Positions 8,297-17,052 of a DNA stretch of 32,713 nt are shown one piece after another (the first letter of the stretch is position 1; each line of letters starts with the position of its first letter). The stretch lies in IMG/VR virus record IMGVR_UViG_3300002026_000105. One strand, given 5' to 3'. The stretch comes from a virus. The position numbers and the translations under genes were made by a program. The notes beneath the pieces were generated by a model that saw only the letters and a list, made by a program, of their open reading frames with translations, had not been told where the DNA came from and made no database searches.

Positions 8297-9313
8297 TTAT
8301 TCTGGTAATAGAGATGGTGTAATAACAGGAGGAGCATTCTCTGCTTTATCTGCTGCTGTTGCTGCTCTTGCTGCCTTTACTGCTTCTGCTGACATTAGAG
8401 CTATCTTTTCTCTAGATGAAAGCTCTTCACCTCTTGCTTGTTTTTCTGCTAATCTTGTAATAGCATTTTCCTGTGCTTCAAACTCTTGTTGTAATTTTAA
8501 CCTTTTATTTGCGGCTACATCTTCTGCTGCCAATTTATCTTTTTCTAACTGAGTCATAAAGGCTCTTTCTTTATCTGCTATAGCCTGTTCATATCTCTTC
8601 TCTAGGAGTGTAGGTTTATTTATCCCACCTCTTTGGTACCCAACTGCTTGGAGTATCTCTAACATAGGGACACCATATTTACCTGCTAACTCTTTTAACA
8701 TATTACCAAACCCACTCTTTTTATCTTCTGGTGCTAGGACTTCAGAAGCAATCTGTGCATCAGGCATTTCACCAACTGCAGGAGTCTGTATAGCAGGAGC
8801 CTCCATAGTATCAGAGACAATAGGTTCTTGAACTTCTGGTGGAGCAGAAACTGGTGGAGCAGAAACAGGAGCTGGGGTAGTATCTACTACAGGAGCAGGT
8901 TCTGGAGTTGGTGTTGGTGTTGGTTCTGGTAATACTGCCTTCTCACCAGGAAAGTCTCCAGCAGCGATGTGTTCTAACTTTTGAGCTGTCAATTCATCTA
9001 CCTTATCTTTATCTATCACACTTTGTTCTACCTTACCAGGAACTACTGGGTCTCTAGTATTAGTACTAGTATCAAGGCCCTTGATAGGTTTCTTGGGGTT
9101 TATCTTGGTAATGGTACTTTGTGCAGTATCTTGCATATTCTTTTTTATCTGATCTTCTGTTTTAATAGTTTGATCAATACCCAAGGCTTTACTACCTGAG
9201 GCTGTTGGGAGGGGAGAAGCAGGTTCTGCACCTAGGTTTTTAAGTTCCATAAACTCTTTTGGAGTTATCTTACCTGCTGAACTCTTTTGTTGTAACTCTT
9301 CTAACCTTGTCAT
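8297..9313 (-). CDS. Virion-associated protein with Pro/Thr/Ala linker and C-terminal coiled coil (338 aa)
   Basis: The ORF lies in the structural block. It has a low-complexity linker (PEPTPTPTPEPAPVVDTTPAPVSAPPVSAPPEVQEP) and its ATG overlaps the upstream stop (ATGA). Confidence 0.6.
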   Translation of the reverse strand: MTRLEELQQKSSAGKITPKEFMELKNLGAEPASPLPTASGSKALGIDQTIKTEDQIKKNMQDTAQSTITKINPKKPIKGLDTSTNTRDPVVPGKVEQSVIDKDKVDELTAQKLEHIAAGDFPGEKAVLPEPTPTPTPEPAPVVDTTPAPVSAPPVSAPPEVQEPIVSDTMEAPAIQTPAVGEMPDAQIASEVLAPEDKKSGFGNMLKELAGKYGVPMLEILQAVGYQRGGINKPTLLEKRYEQAIADKERAFMTQLEKDKLAAEDVAANKRLKLQQEFEAQENAITRLAEKQARGEELSSREKIALMSAEAVKAARAATAADKAENAPPVITPSLLPE

Positions 9314-10287
9314 ATAGTTTTCTCCTCTAATTGTTTAACTTTTTGTGCTAATTGGATAACAAGGTTTAATACGGCAGGAGATAATTCTGAAGTATCTATC
9401 CTCTTTAATCCATCTTCACCTGTTTTTACAGCAGAAGCAAGAGGTGTCTTTTCCAAGTCTTGTGCAATAACCCCCATCTGTTCACCAGGCGGAGCTTTAC
9501 CACTTTCTACTATACCATCTTTATACTCAAAAGATACAGGATCAACCTTCTCTGCTATATCCATCACATCCATCTTATTACCTAAACCTGCTTTGTAATT
9601 ATCTAAAGAGGATCTAATAACAGAGATATCATCTTTTGCTCTTTCATCTGACATAGCAAGAGTAGCACCCGCTCCTGCCAAGGTACCAATTGTACCCCAG
9701 GTTCTGGCTGACTTATTATCAGCGCTTTGCATATTCTGTCCTGCTATATTAGCTTGACCAGTCGCTGCTCCTAATTGTGTGTTCATCGCATTCTGACCTC
9801 TAGAGGCTAACTCTGCACCTTGAGCAGATTGCATTTGGGTACCTTGAGCGTAGTTTTGTCTTCCACTCTCCATACCTGTTCCATAGGCATCAGTATAAAT
9901 ATCTCCAGCATTTTGCCCTGCTGTCAAGGCAGCTTGTCCCTTATTCAACCCTGCAGTTCTAGCCGCTTTTAGTGCCGCTCTTGATCCCTGTAAAGCTGCA
10001 GTCATCCCTTGAGCTTGAGCTCCTACTTCGGCTGCAGCGTTTTGCTTACTCATATAGTCAGCAGCACTGGTACCTAGATTACCCTCAGTTTGAGTATCAT
10101 ATACTCCTGCCTGTTTATTATATCCACTAGCAAGCTTTTGAGCTGCTGTCCCAACTGCTTCAGTTTTCTTTCCTGCTTCTCTGCTTTGCTTGTTTGCTTC
10201 TTTTTTACTTTCTGTTCCAAAGAGTGTTTCACCAACACCCTTGCCAAAATTATTTAAACCTTTTCCCAGGCTTTTAAAGAACCCCAT
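9310..10287 (-). CDS. Gln/Ala/Gly-rich protein with C-terminal peptidase-S74 intramolecular chaperone domain (325 aa)
   Basis: The C-terminal ~113 aa begin with the hallmark SDERAKDDI, followed by VSFEYKD, GVIAQDLEK and LNLVIQLAQKVKQLEE. This is the pattern of endosialidase-type auto-cleaving chaperone domains. SD is AAGGAGATATAAT. Confidence 0.75.
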   Translation of the reverse strand: MGFFKSLGKGLNNFGKGVGETLFGTESKKEANKQSREAGKKTEAVGTAAQKLASGYNKQAGVYDTQTEGNLGTSAADYMSKQNAAAEVGAQAQGMTAALQGSRAALKAARTAGLNKGQAALTAGQNAGDIYTDAYGTGMESGRQNYAQGTQMQSAQGAELASRGQNAMNTQLGAATGQANIAGQNMQSADNKSARTWGTIGTLAGAGATLAMSDERAKDDISVIRSSLDNYKAGLGNKMDVMDIAEKVDPVSFEYKDGIVESGKAPPGEQMGVIAQDLEKTPLASAVKTGEDGLKRIDTSELSPAVLNLVIQLAQKVKQLEEKTI

Positions 10288-10298
10288 ATTATATCTCC

Positions 10299-13200
10299 TT
10301 ATCTTGATCTTGCTTTTGATATTACTGAAACTTCTGCTTCTTTAAACTCAGGGAGTATACTTACTATCAGTATCTTTTCTTGACACTCTATTTTAAGAGA
10401 TGTACCTAAAGATCTTTGATACTCAGGTTGTATCCTAACTCTAGTATATCCACCCTCATCCCAATCTCCAGGGTTTATCACCCACTTTCTAGTTTGCTCT
10501 CTAGTATCATCGGTATCCACTACGTAAGATGTTCCTATTACGGTTACAGCTTGTTTAGCTTCTGAATATATAGTTATGACCCAATTACTGAGTATACTCT
10601 TTTGGTTGAGGTTAAACCCAAAGTAAGGTGTCTGTAAAGAGAGAGGTACAACTGCGTCTCCTGTATCATAGGTATAAGACCATTGAGAGGTGTTATTGCT
10701 TATCACTATACCACTAGTTGTATCATAGAACTTGAGATCAGTTTGATCAGGTAGTTTAATATTCTCTGTAACGATATTATCTCTCACCCATATTATGGAA
10801 GTAGGTGTATCTAATACTAGAGTATTATCTCTAGGAGAATAGGTACCTGACAAGATATCAGGTTTTCTATTAAGGCGTTGAAACTTTTCTAGGGCTCTAC
10901 CACCTGTAAATGTATAGAGAGAGTTATCAAAACTAGAGAGAAAGTAAATTATTGTAGGGGTAGATGCGATATATCTCAGCCCATTAGCAGAAGCTACCTT
11001 AGTTTTGTTATTAAATACCCCTGTTACCCTATCTAACTCTACAGTATAGATATTAAGACCATCAAAGAGGTATTTTTGTCCATAAAGATCGAAATTACTA
11101 AAGCTTCCTGCTATATCATTACCAATAGGGTAAAGATCAGAGTCTGGTTTTAAGAATATCGTCAAATTGTCTGTCAAAATGACACCATTATCGTAAGTTA
11201 CCCCTATTTTTGGTGATAGATAAGTAGATTCCAAGTAAAGGATGTCAGTTTTATCACTATCTACCAATTCTTGCCCATTATTTAGCGTAGAGAACCCATA
11301 AACATCATCAATATAGGTATCAATAGCATAAGAACCTATTGGGGTAGAGACGAGAGGTATTCTATAACCTAATATTTCTATATTTGTTGATGAAAGAGGT
11401 TTAATAGTCACCAATTTATCACCAGTATCTATAGAGTTAGAGTAAGAGTTGTTCATTATTGATACAACTTTACTAGCTGTTCCTGGTGCTATCAAAGAAG
11501 AGAATAACATTCTGTTATTATAGTCTACAGATGAAGCAAATGGTGAGAGAGATACAGCATTAGTATCTATCAAGTTAAGGGGTGATATGGTATTGATCTT
11601 GTAAAGGGTATCAGTAACCTTATTTACCCTGTTTGGTGGAGCTTTTATTACTTTGAATAAGGCAAACTCCTTTTTCTCATTTTGATACAATACTAATTCA
11701 TCATTCAATATCTGAGGTTGATAGAGTGGGTTGATGGAACCGATATTAGTAGCTAACACACCAAGGGTATCAGATGGGTTTGTATCTAGGATAGCCACAG
11801 AAAAGAAGCTAGGCACTTCATTGATAAGCCCTACTCTTATTTCAAATGGCCTAGTTGGTGTCTGGTTGTAATTGTTAGTCAATTTACCATAGGCATTTAT
11901 CAAGGTATTAGTATTACTTTGTGTTACTTGGAAGAGGGAAGTAGTATCTCTCTTAAATTGTGGTGTGTAAGTATAAACATCAGTTGCAGAGGCAGTAAGT
12001 TTAAGAGTAATATCTTCATAACCCCATGTTGCATTACTGTTCAAGATAGAGGATACAACATAAGGAGCGTCTGGGTATACCACAGTAGATGAGAAATTGA
12101 TAAAGTCTGTATATCCTATCAATCCAGTAGCCTGTATCTTGGTTGCTGTAAATAAAGGTCTAGCCGCAGAGTTTTTAGCAGTTATAATATGTCTAGTTTT
12201 ACCGTTCAGTAATTGAGGTAAAGCGTAAGAACCTGTAAATATGGTAACAGAATAAGCTGTCTTGTCAAAGATATAAGAGATATTATTAAGGTTTCCAACA
12301 AGGTTTATCAGATAAAGACCATTCTCATACTTGTAAGTATAGAGATACCCAAATGTAGAGAACCCACCCATCATGGAATTAAGTACACCCCCACCAGAGA
12401 CACCAAGAAATGGTGTAAAGGATCCTGTAAAAGACATACTGTTTATAGCACCAGTTGATCCACCAACTAGAACCTGGTTATTATATTCGATAAAAGCTTT
12501 AATGTCTCCTGAACCTACTATATTACCGTAATTAGTAATATGACCAGGCATATCAAAAGGGTATATCTCACCAGATAATATATTACCAGACCCTATCCTT
12601 CCTCCACCTCCTGAGAATACCAAGTTACCATCAATAGTATCAAGGTGATAGATATTTTCACTACCTAGAAAAGCACCATTTTGAGAGAATCCGGTGGCAG
12701 AGGAGTAAGGCACCCATGCCGCACCAGTAAAAAAACCGGTCCTTCCCCCATCTCCGGCTACTACTATCCTTCCATCATCAAGAGATACAGAACACCTAAT
12801 TGCGTTTGAGCCTAGGACTGTTGCATTATCACAAGGGAGGTTTCTTGTAACACCTTGTGTGTAAGCGTATTTCTCCACTCCCATAAACTTCATTGTGATG
12901 AATTGGTATCTTAATTCTGGAGTACTTTGGTTTACACCTATACTCACCCAGTTATCACCTGCAGCAAATATTCTCAAAGCTCCAGTAGTAGAGGATGGAT
13001 AAGCGTACACATTCCAATGGATACCATCTGAAGACATAATAACAGAGTTATTACCATTAGAGTAAACCCAAGTATCTTTAATATAATAGTGAGAGCTGTA
13101 AGGCCAAGAGGCACCTTCTTTTGCTGGAGCATATACAGTACCATTCACTGTACCTATATTCCAAGTAACACCATCATAAGAGTAGGCAGGAACACGCCCT

Positions 13201-15581
13201 GAATTGTAAGTTCCTATTACTAGAGTATTTTGGTAGAAACCCATTAAACCTACACCATCATTAGTTCCTGCTACCCACCCTGGTACTGTACCATAAGACC
13301 AATTATATCCATCTGTAGAAGAGTATATCCTGTTTATATTATTATAGGCTTGTGCAAATATCCACCTACCAAAATGATGACCTAACCAAACTGGGTAACC
13401 TGTTGTCCCTGCTATAGAGAATGCAGTCCAAGTTTTACCGTGATCTGTAGATCTAGCATACCTACCAGCTTGTTCTGGAGTTGCCCAGTCATAAGCTATC
13501 ATCATCCCATCTATCTCCAAATTAAAAGGTGATCTTATTGCAGTCGCTGAAGAACTGTAAGATATACTTCCTAGTATGGTAGCTAGTGATGAAGAGAATG
13601 TAGGTATAGTAGTAGCGGTAAAATTGACCATATCTGTTGTCCATACACAGTTAGCAGGGGTTACATCAGAAGAGAATAGGTAGACACCCTCATTGTAAGC
13701 CAAGAGAGTAACATTACCTGTAACTCCTGGTAGAGTAGTAATGGTCCAATTGATACTATCTGTTGTAATAGCTATCTTACCTGTTCCTCCTCTCCACCAA
13801 GTAATAGGAGCATCATTATATCTTTGGAGTCCATTGATACCTATTTGTTGTACAGTAAAATTGACAAAGTCATTTGTCCTTGATACATAGTTAGTATAAT
13901 AATAAAAGTTCCAATATCCGTTTACATACCCAACATAAGTAGCACTATAAGTAACACCAATACCAGGAAATGGGTTAGCCCAAGACCAGTCATATCCATT
14001 ATATGACCATAAAGCTGTGGTAGGGTTGGTTCCACCACCTGATGCTACCCATCTACCACCTTCAAATGCTATATTAGTATTGGTATTAAAAGCTTTTGGT
14101 AATAATCTATAAGTCCAGTTGATACCATCTACGGTAAATATAAGGTTGAGACCATTATATAAAACTAGGAGATCAGCAGTTTGTAGTAATAATTTATTAG
14201 CAGGTGTACTCATACCAGGTACGGTAACCATTGTCCAAACTCCTGTATCTTTAGGAGCCTGCCATACTGCACCAGGAGGAGCATTACAGGTTGCGTACTT
14301 CATCCCTTTGAACTCTACATCTTGGAACCCATATTGAGCTATACCTACTATATCAGCAGGTGAAGTAGTAATAGAATAATAGTCAAAATTAAACCTCAAC
14401 GTTCCTATCTTTCCACCTGCCCCAGTGACTAGGACTGTACCAAACTGGTTCTCATCTGTAGGAGCGTGATAGTGGGCGAGAGAATAAATATTATCTGTTC
14501 CTATTACGGTACCATTATCTCTAATACCATTGGTTCCATTGTAAGCGTACCAAGCACCTTGTGTAGGTTTATTTATACTTCCTATGCGACCTGAATTACC
14601 GGCCACTATTAAGTTACTATCCACTTGGAGGAAGGCGTTGATAGAGACTGCACCAAGGGGAGGAGTGATAGTGGTACCTGCACAGAAACCTGTAGCAGAA
14701 TTATATCTTGTCCATGTATTACCATCGAATGTGGATATATTTCCTGTTGATCCACCTACTATCAAATACTCTACGCCTGCATAAGTATAAACGAACATGG
14801 CAGTAATAGAGGCACCTACCCCAACAAGAGATATATTAGAATAAGGACCTAAACCTGCACCTGACCCATCAAAGTTTTTCCACGCTGATCCATCCCAAGA
14901 TCCTAGAGCTCCTAAAGAAGAACCTATTACTAGATTTCCTTTATATAATACTATAGAGGTAACAGCATCTGTACCTACAACTGAAGTAGATTGAAAGGCA
15001 AACCCTATACTTATGGTAGGGTTAGACTCTTGGAGTATTAAGACTTGATCACCAAACCTAAGGTTAAACTCAAATGAAGAAGAGTAGTCTAGGCCATCCC
15101 ATCTTACTATAGATAAAGAGGTAAAGAGTTTCATCACTTCACCAAGGTTGATAAAATTGATAGATCTACTCTCTAATAATACCTTATCTAAAGACCAGTG
15201 TTGGAGAGTGATAGTAGTATCAGAGAGTTGGCAAGTTACTACAGTCTCATCAGGACACAATAAAACATCGTTCACCCCTGTAAATATACTCCATTCCTTT
15301 AATCCATATTCTGATACATAACCTACTTGGGTTCCATCTACCAAGACTTGATCATAGTCTGTCACAGAAGAGGCTTTAACCTCTATAACCTTACCATCAG
15401 GAGTTATCTCTCTAACCCCTAAGCCTGAATAGTCAGTGGTATTAAGATAGATATTAGTGACTCCACCATCTCTTTCTATCCCTGTATTCTCTAGTAAAGG
15501 AGCATTGGCATCATCAAATGTTTTAATGTCCTCACTAACGGTATCAGTATTGATACTTTGTTTTATATTTATTTCTGACAT
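10299..15581 (-). CDS. Giant virion/tail protein with multiple beta-propeller-type repeats (1760 aa)
   Basis: Asp-box/BNR-like motifs recur about every 40-50 aa: TVDGINWT, TTDSINWT, TTDMVNFT, STDHGKTWT, SSTDGYNWS, SYDGVTWN, SSDGIHWN. Two further blocks carry G-x-(I/T)G..DG..W..Y repeats (aa ~215-400 and ~920-1060). SD is TAAGGAGAGACT. Confidence 0.7.
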   Translation of the reverse strand: MSEINIKQSINTDTVSEDIKTFDDANAPLLENTGIERDGGVTNIYLNTTDYSGLGVREITPDGKVIEVKASSVTDYDQVLVDGTQVGYVSEYGLKEWSIFTGVNDVLLCPDETVVTCQLSDTTITLQHWSLDKVLLESRSINFINLGEVMKLFTSLSIVRWDGLDYSSSFEFNLRFGDQVLILQESNPTISIGFAFQSTSVVGTDAVTSIVLYKGNLVIGSSLGALGSWDGSAWKNFDGSGAGLGPYSNISLVGVGASITAMFVYTYAGVEYLIVGGSTGNISTFDGNTWTRYNSATGFCAGTTITPPLGAVSINAFLQVDSNLIVAGNSGRIGSINKPTQGAWYAYNGTNGIRDNGTVIGTDNIYSLAHYHAPTDENQFGTVLVTGAGGKIGTLRFNFDYYSITTSPADIVGIAQYGFQDVEFKGMKYATCNAPPGAVWQAPKDTGVWTMVTVPGMSTPANKLLLQTADLLVLYNGLNLIFTVDGINWTYRLLPKAFNTNTNIAFEGGRWVASGGGTNPTTALWSYNGYDWSWANPFPGIGVTYSATYVGYVNGYWNFYYYTNYVSRTNDFVNFTVQQIGINGLQRYNDAPITWWRGGTGKIAITTDSINWTITTLPGVTGNVTLLAYNEGVYLFSSDVTPANCVWTTDMVNFTATTIPTFSSSLATILGSISYSSSATAIRSPFNLEIDGMMIAYDWATPEQAGRYARSTDHGKTWTAFSIAGTTGYPVWLGHHFGRWIFAQAYNNINRIYSSTDGYNWSYGTVPGWVAGTNDGVGLMGFYQNTLVIGTYNSGRVPAYSYDGVTWNIGTVNGTVYAPAKEGASWPYSSHYYIKDTWVYSNGNNSVIMSSDGIHWNVYAYPSSTTGALRIFAAGDNWVSIGVNQSTPELRYQFITMKFMGVEKYAYTQGVTRNLPCDNATVLGSNAIRCSVSLDDGRIVVAGDGGRTGFFTGAAWVPYSSATGFSQNGAFLGSENIYHLDTIDGNLVFSGGGGRIGSGNILSGEIYPFDMPGHITNYGNIVGSGDIKAFIEYNNQVLVGGSTGAINSMSFTGSFTPFLGVSGGGVLNSMMGGFSTFGYLYTYKYENGLYLINLVGNLNNISYIFDKTAYSVTIFTGSYALPQLLNGKTRHIITAKNSAARPLFTATKIQATGLIGYTDFINFSSTVVYPDAPYVVSSILNSNATWGYEDITLKLTASATDVYTYTPQFKRDTTSLFQVTQSNTNTLINAYGKLTNNYNQTPTRPFEIRVGLINEVPSFFSVAILDTNPSDTLGVLATNIGSINPLYQPQILNDELVLYQNEKKEFALFKVIKAPPNRVNKVTDTLYKINTISPLNLIDTNAVSLSPFASSVDYNNRMLFSSLIAPGTASKVVSIMNNSYSNSIDTGDKLVTIKPLSSTNIEILGYRIPLVSTPIGSYAIDTYIDDVYGFSTLNNGQELVDSDKTDILYLESTYLSPKIGVTYDNGVILTDNLTIFLKPDSDLYPIGNDIAGSFSNFDLYGQKYLFDGLNIYTVELDRVTGVFNNKTKVASANGLRYIASTPTIIYFLSSFDNSLYTFTGGRALEKFQRLNRKPDILSGTYSPRDNTLVLDTPTSIIWVRDNIVTENIKLPDQTDLKFYDTTSGIVISNNTSQWSYTYDTGDAVVPLSLQTPYFGFNLNQKSILSNWVITIYSEAKQAVTVIGTSYVVDTDDTREQTRKWVINPGDWDEGGYTRVRIQPEYQRSLGTSLKIECQEKILIVSILPEFKEAEVSVISKARSR

Positions 15582-15590
15582 AGTCTCTCC

Positions 15591-16913
15591 TTAGTAGTAA
15601 TAATTTAATTGTTGCTCTAGGCCTCTTCTCTCAGGTTCATTATCATCTCTAATTAAGGTTGAGATAAACCTATCTTGTATCTGACCTAGACGTATAGATA
15701 ATTCTGTAACATCACCTGCTTGTTTTCTCTTAAAGTCTATAGCACACTGATAAGCCATCATCTCATTAGCTTCATTGATAGGGTATATCAAGTCAGTATC
15801 ATCTATGGTAGAGATAGCCTTGATATTATAGTTCACATCTATAGTAGATATATAACTATCTTGTATCTGCCCTGCGAATACCAATGAAGTAGTAAAGACC
15901 TCTTCACCCTTGTAAAGATCACCAATAGTGTCTAGATAATAAAGAGAGGTACCATCTGTAGTTAGAGACTGAGCATCTATATTTTGATCTACACCATTTC
16001 TGAATATAGAACCATTGGTAAGGTGATAGGTATCAGGCCCAATATGTGTGATATATTCTGCTTCATCATCTAGGTATAAAGTAGGCAAGGTTCCATCTAA
16101 CAGAGACTCATAGGTATCCAAACCTGTAGTGTAATACAATTTACCAGAGGATATATTAAAGCTAAGGATATCAGGTGTTACTAGAACATCTTTAATAAGG
16201 GTTCCTGTTAGGGTAGTGGTAGATCTACAAATATCACCTTCCTCTAACCAATAGATAAAACCGGTATTGTAAACAACATTAGATATACCTGTTGATGTAT
16301 ATAAAGTAGAAGTAGTATTAAGGGTAGTACTCTCTAACATTATCCTAGTCCCATCTAACACGTATAATAGATAGTCAGTATTATCACTCAAGTTAGGGTT
16401 AGGGATAGAGAAATATTGAGGTGAGGATATCTCTGTACTCTTGGTATAAACTGGTGTGTCCATTAGGTAATTAAAAGAAAACTCTGGTACAGTGATAACT
16501 TGAGGAGGTGGATAATAATCTAACCTTATCTCTCCTGGTAAGAATGAAGCTATTACCCAAAGCTTGTTACCTCTCCACCTATATTGAGGAGATCCGTATA
16601 CTCTGTTTCTATTATTAGTATTAAACTTTCTCATACTTTCCCATCTACCATTTGTCTTGTAATCTACAAATCTGAGTCTATAGACATCAACAGGGATAGT
16701 AATTTCCCACTCATTAGGACCTAATTGTTTATTATTGGTAGTATCTACTATGGCTTCTTGGATAAAATAGTCTTCAGAACTCTTGATAATTTGTGAGTAT
16801 ATATCTTTCCATGACTCATTGAGACTTTGTTCTTCATCTTGGTGTGAGATGAACTCACTATTTGGTGTATCAGAGAGAGATCTTGCTCTCTCTATTAAGG
16901 CTGTTGCTTTCAT
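15591..16913 (-). CDS. Virion structural protein (440 aa), adaptor or tail-base candidate by position
   Basis: First gene after the capsid terminator. It is preceded by the conserved late motif and AAGGAGAAACCTT. No family recognised. Confidence 0.55.
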   Translation of the reverse strand: MKATALIERARSLSDTPNSEFISHQDEEQSLNESWKDIYSQIIKSSEDYFIQEAIVDTTNNKQLGPNEWEITIPVDVYRLRFVDYKTNGRWESMRKFNTNNRNRVYGSPQYRWRGNKLWVIASFLPGEIRLDYYPPPQVITVPEFSFNYLMDTPVYTKSTEISSPQYFSIPNPNLSDNTDYLLYVLDGTRIMLESTTLNTTSTLYTSTGISNVVYNTGFIYWLEEGDICRSTTTLTGTLIKDVLVTPDILSFNISSGKLYYTTGLDTYESLLDGTLPTLYLDDEAEYITHIGPDTYHLTNGSIFRNGVDQNIDAQSLTTDGTSLYYLDTIGDLYKGEEVFTTSLVFAGQIQDSYISTIDVNYNIKAISTIDDTDLIYPINEANEMMAYQCAIDFKRKQAGDVTELSIRLGQIQDRFISTLIRDDNEPERRGLEQQLNYYY

Positions 16914-16927
16914 AAGGTTTCTCCTTG

Positions 16928-16940
16928 ATATATAGTTATG
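16928..16940 (-). promoter_or_regulatory. Conserved late-gene motif CATAACTATATAT (copy 1)
   Basis: Exact 13-mer on the coding strand, 28 nt downstream of the capsid terminator and directly before the SD of the 440-aa gene. Confidence 0.45.
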
Positions 16941-16967
16941 CTTTAATAGAGAGTATACCCGTAGACG

Positions 16968-16995
16968 TAAAAAAAGAGACCCTTTCAGGTCTCTT
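16968..16995 (-). terminator. Intrinsic terminator after the major capsid gene
   Basis: Minus strand reads AAGAGACC-TGAAAG-GGTCTCTT followed by TTTTTTAC. Confidence 0.8.
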
Positions 16996-17038
16996 CAATT
17001 TTACCTAGCCAACGGCTGAGGTTCAATTTCTCATACAG

Positions 17039-17051
17039 TTATATATGCTCA
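17039..17051 (-). promoter_or_regulatory. Third copy of the TGAGCATATATAA core shared with the 46-bp repeat
   Basis: Exact 13-mer, 1 nt after the capsid stop codon. It is followed ~45 nt later by the terminator hairpin (stem at 16995-16974; T-run ends ~16968, ~63 nt from the inferred start). Confidence 0.3.
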
Positions 17052-17052
17052 C

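Noticed and set aside
8287-8337. N-terminal 17 codons of the 773-aa track ORF (MLLLLLHHLYYQNKETI)
   Set aside because: This extension overlaps the end of the upstream gene and has no SD, whereas the ATG at 8286 has AAGGAGACCATT upstream. The start was moved to 8286.
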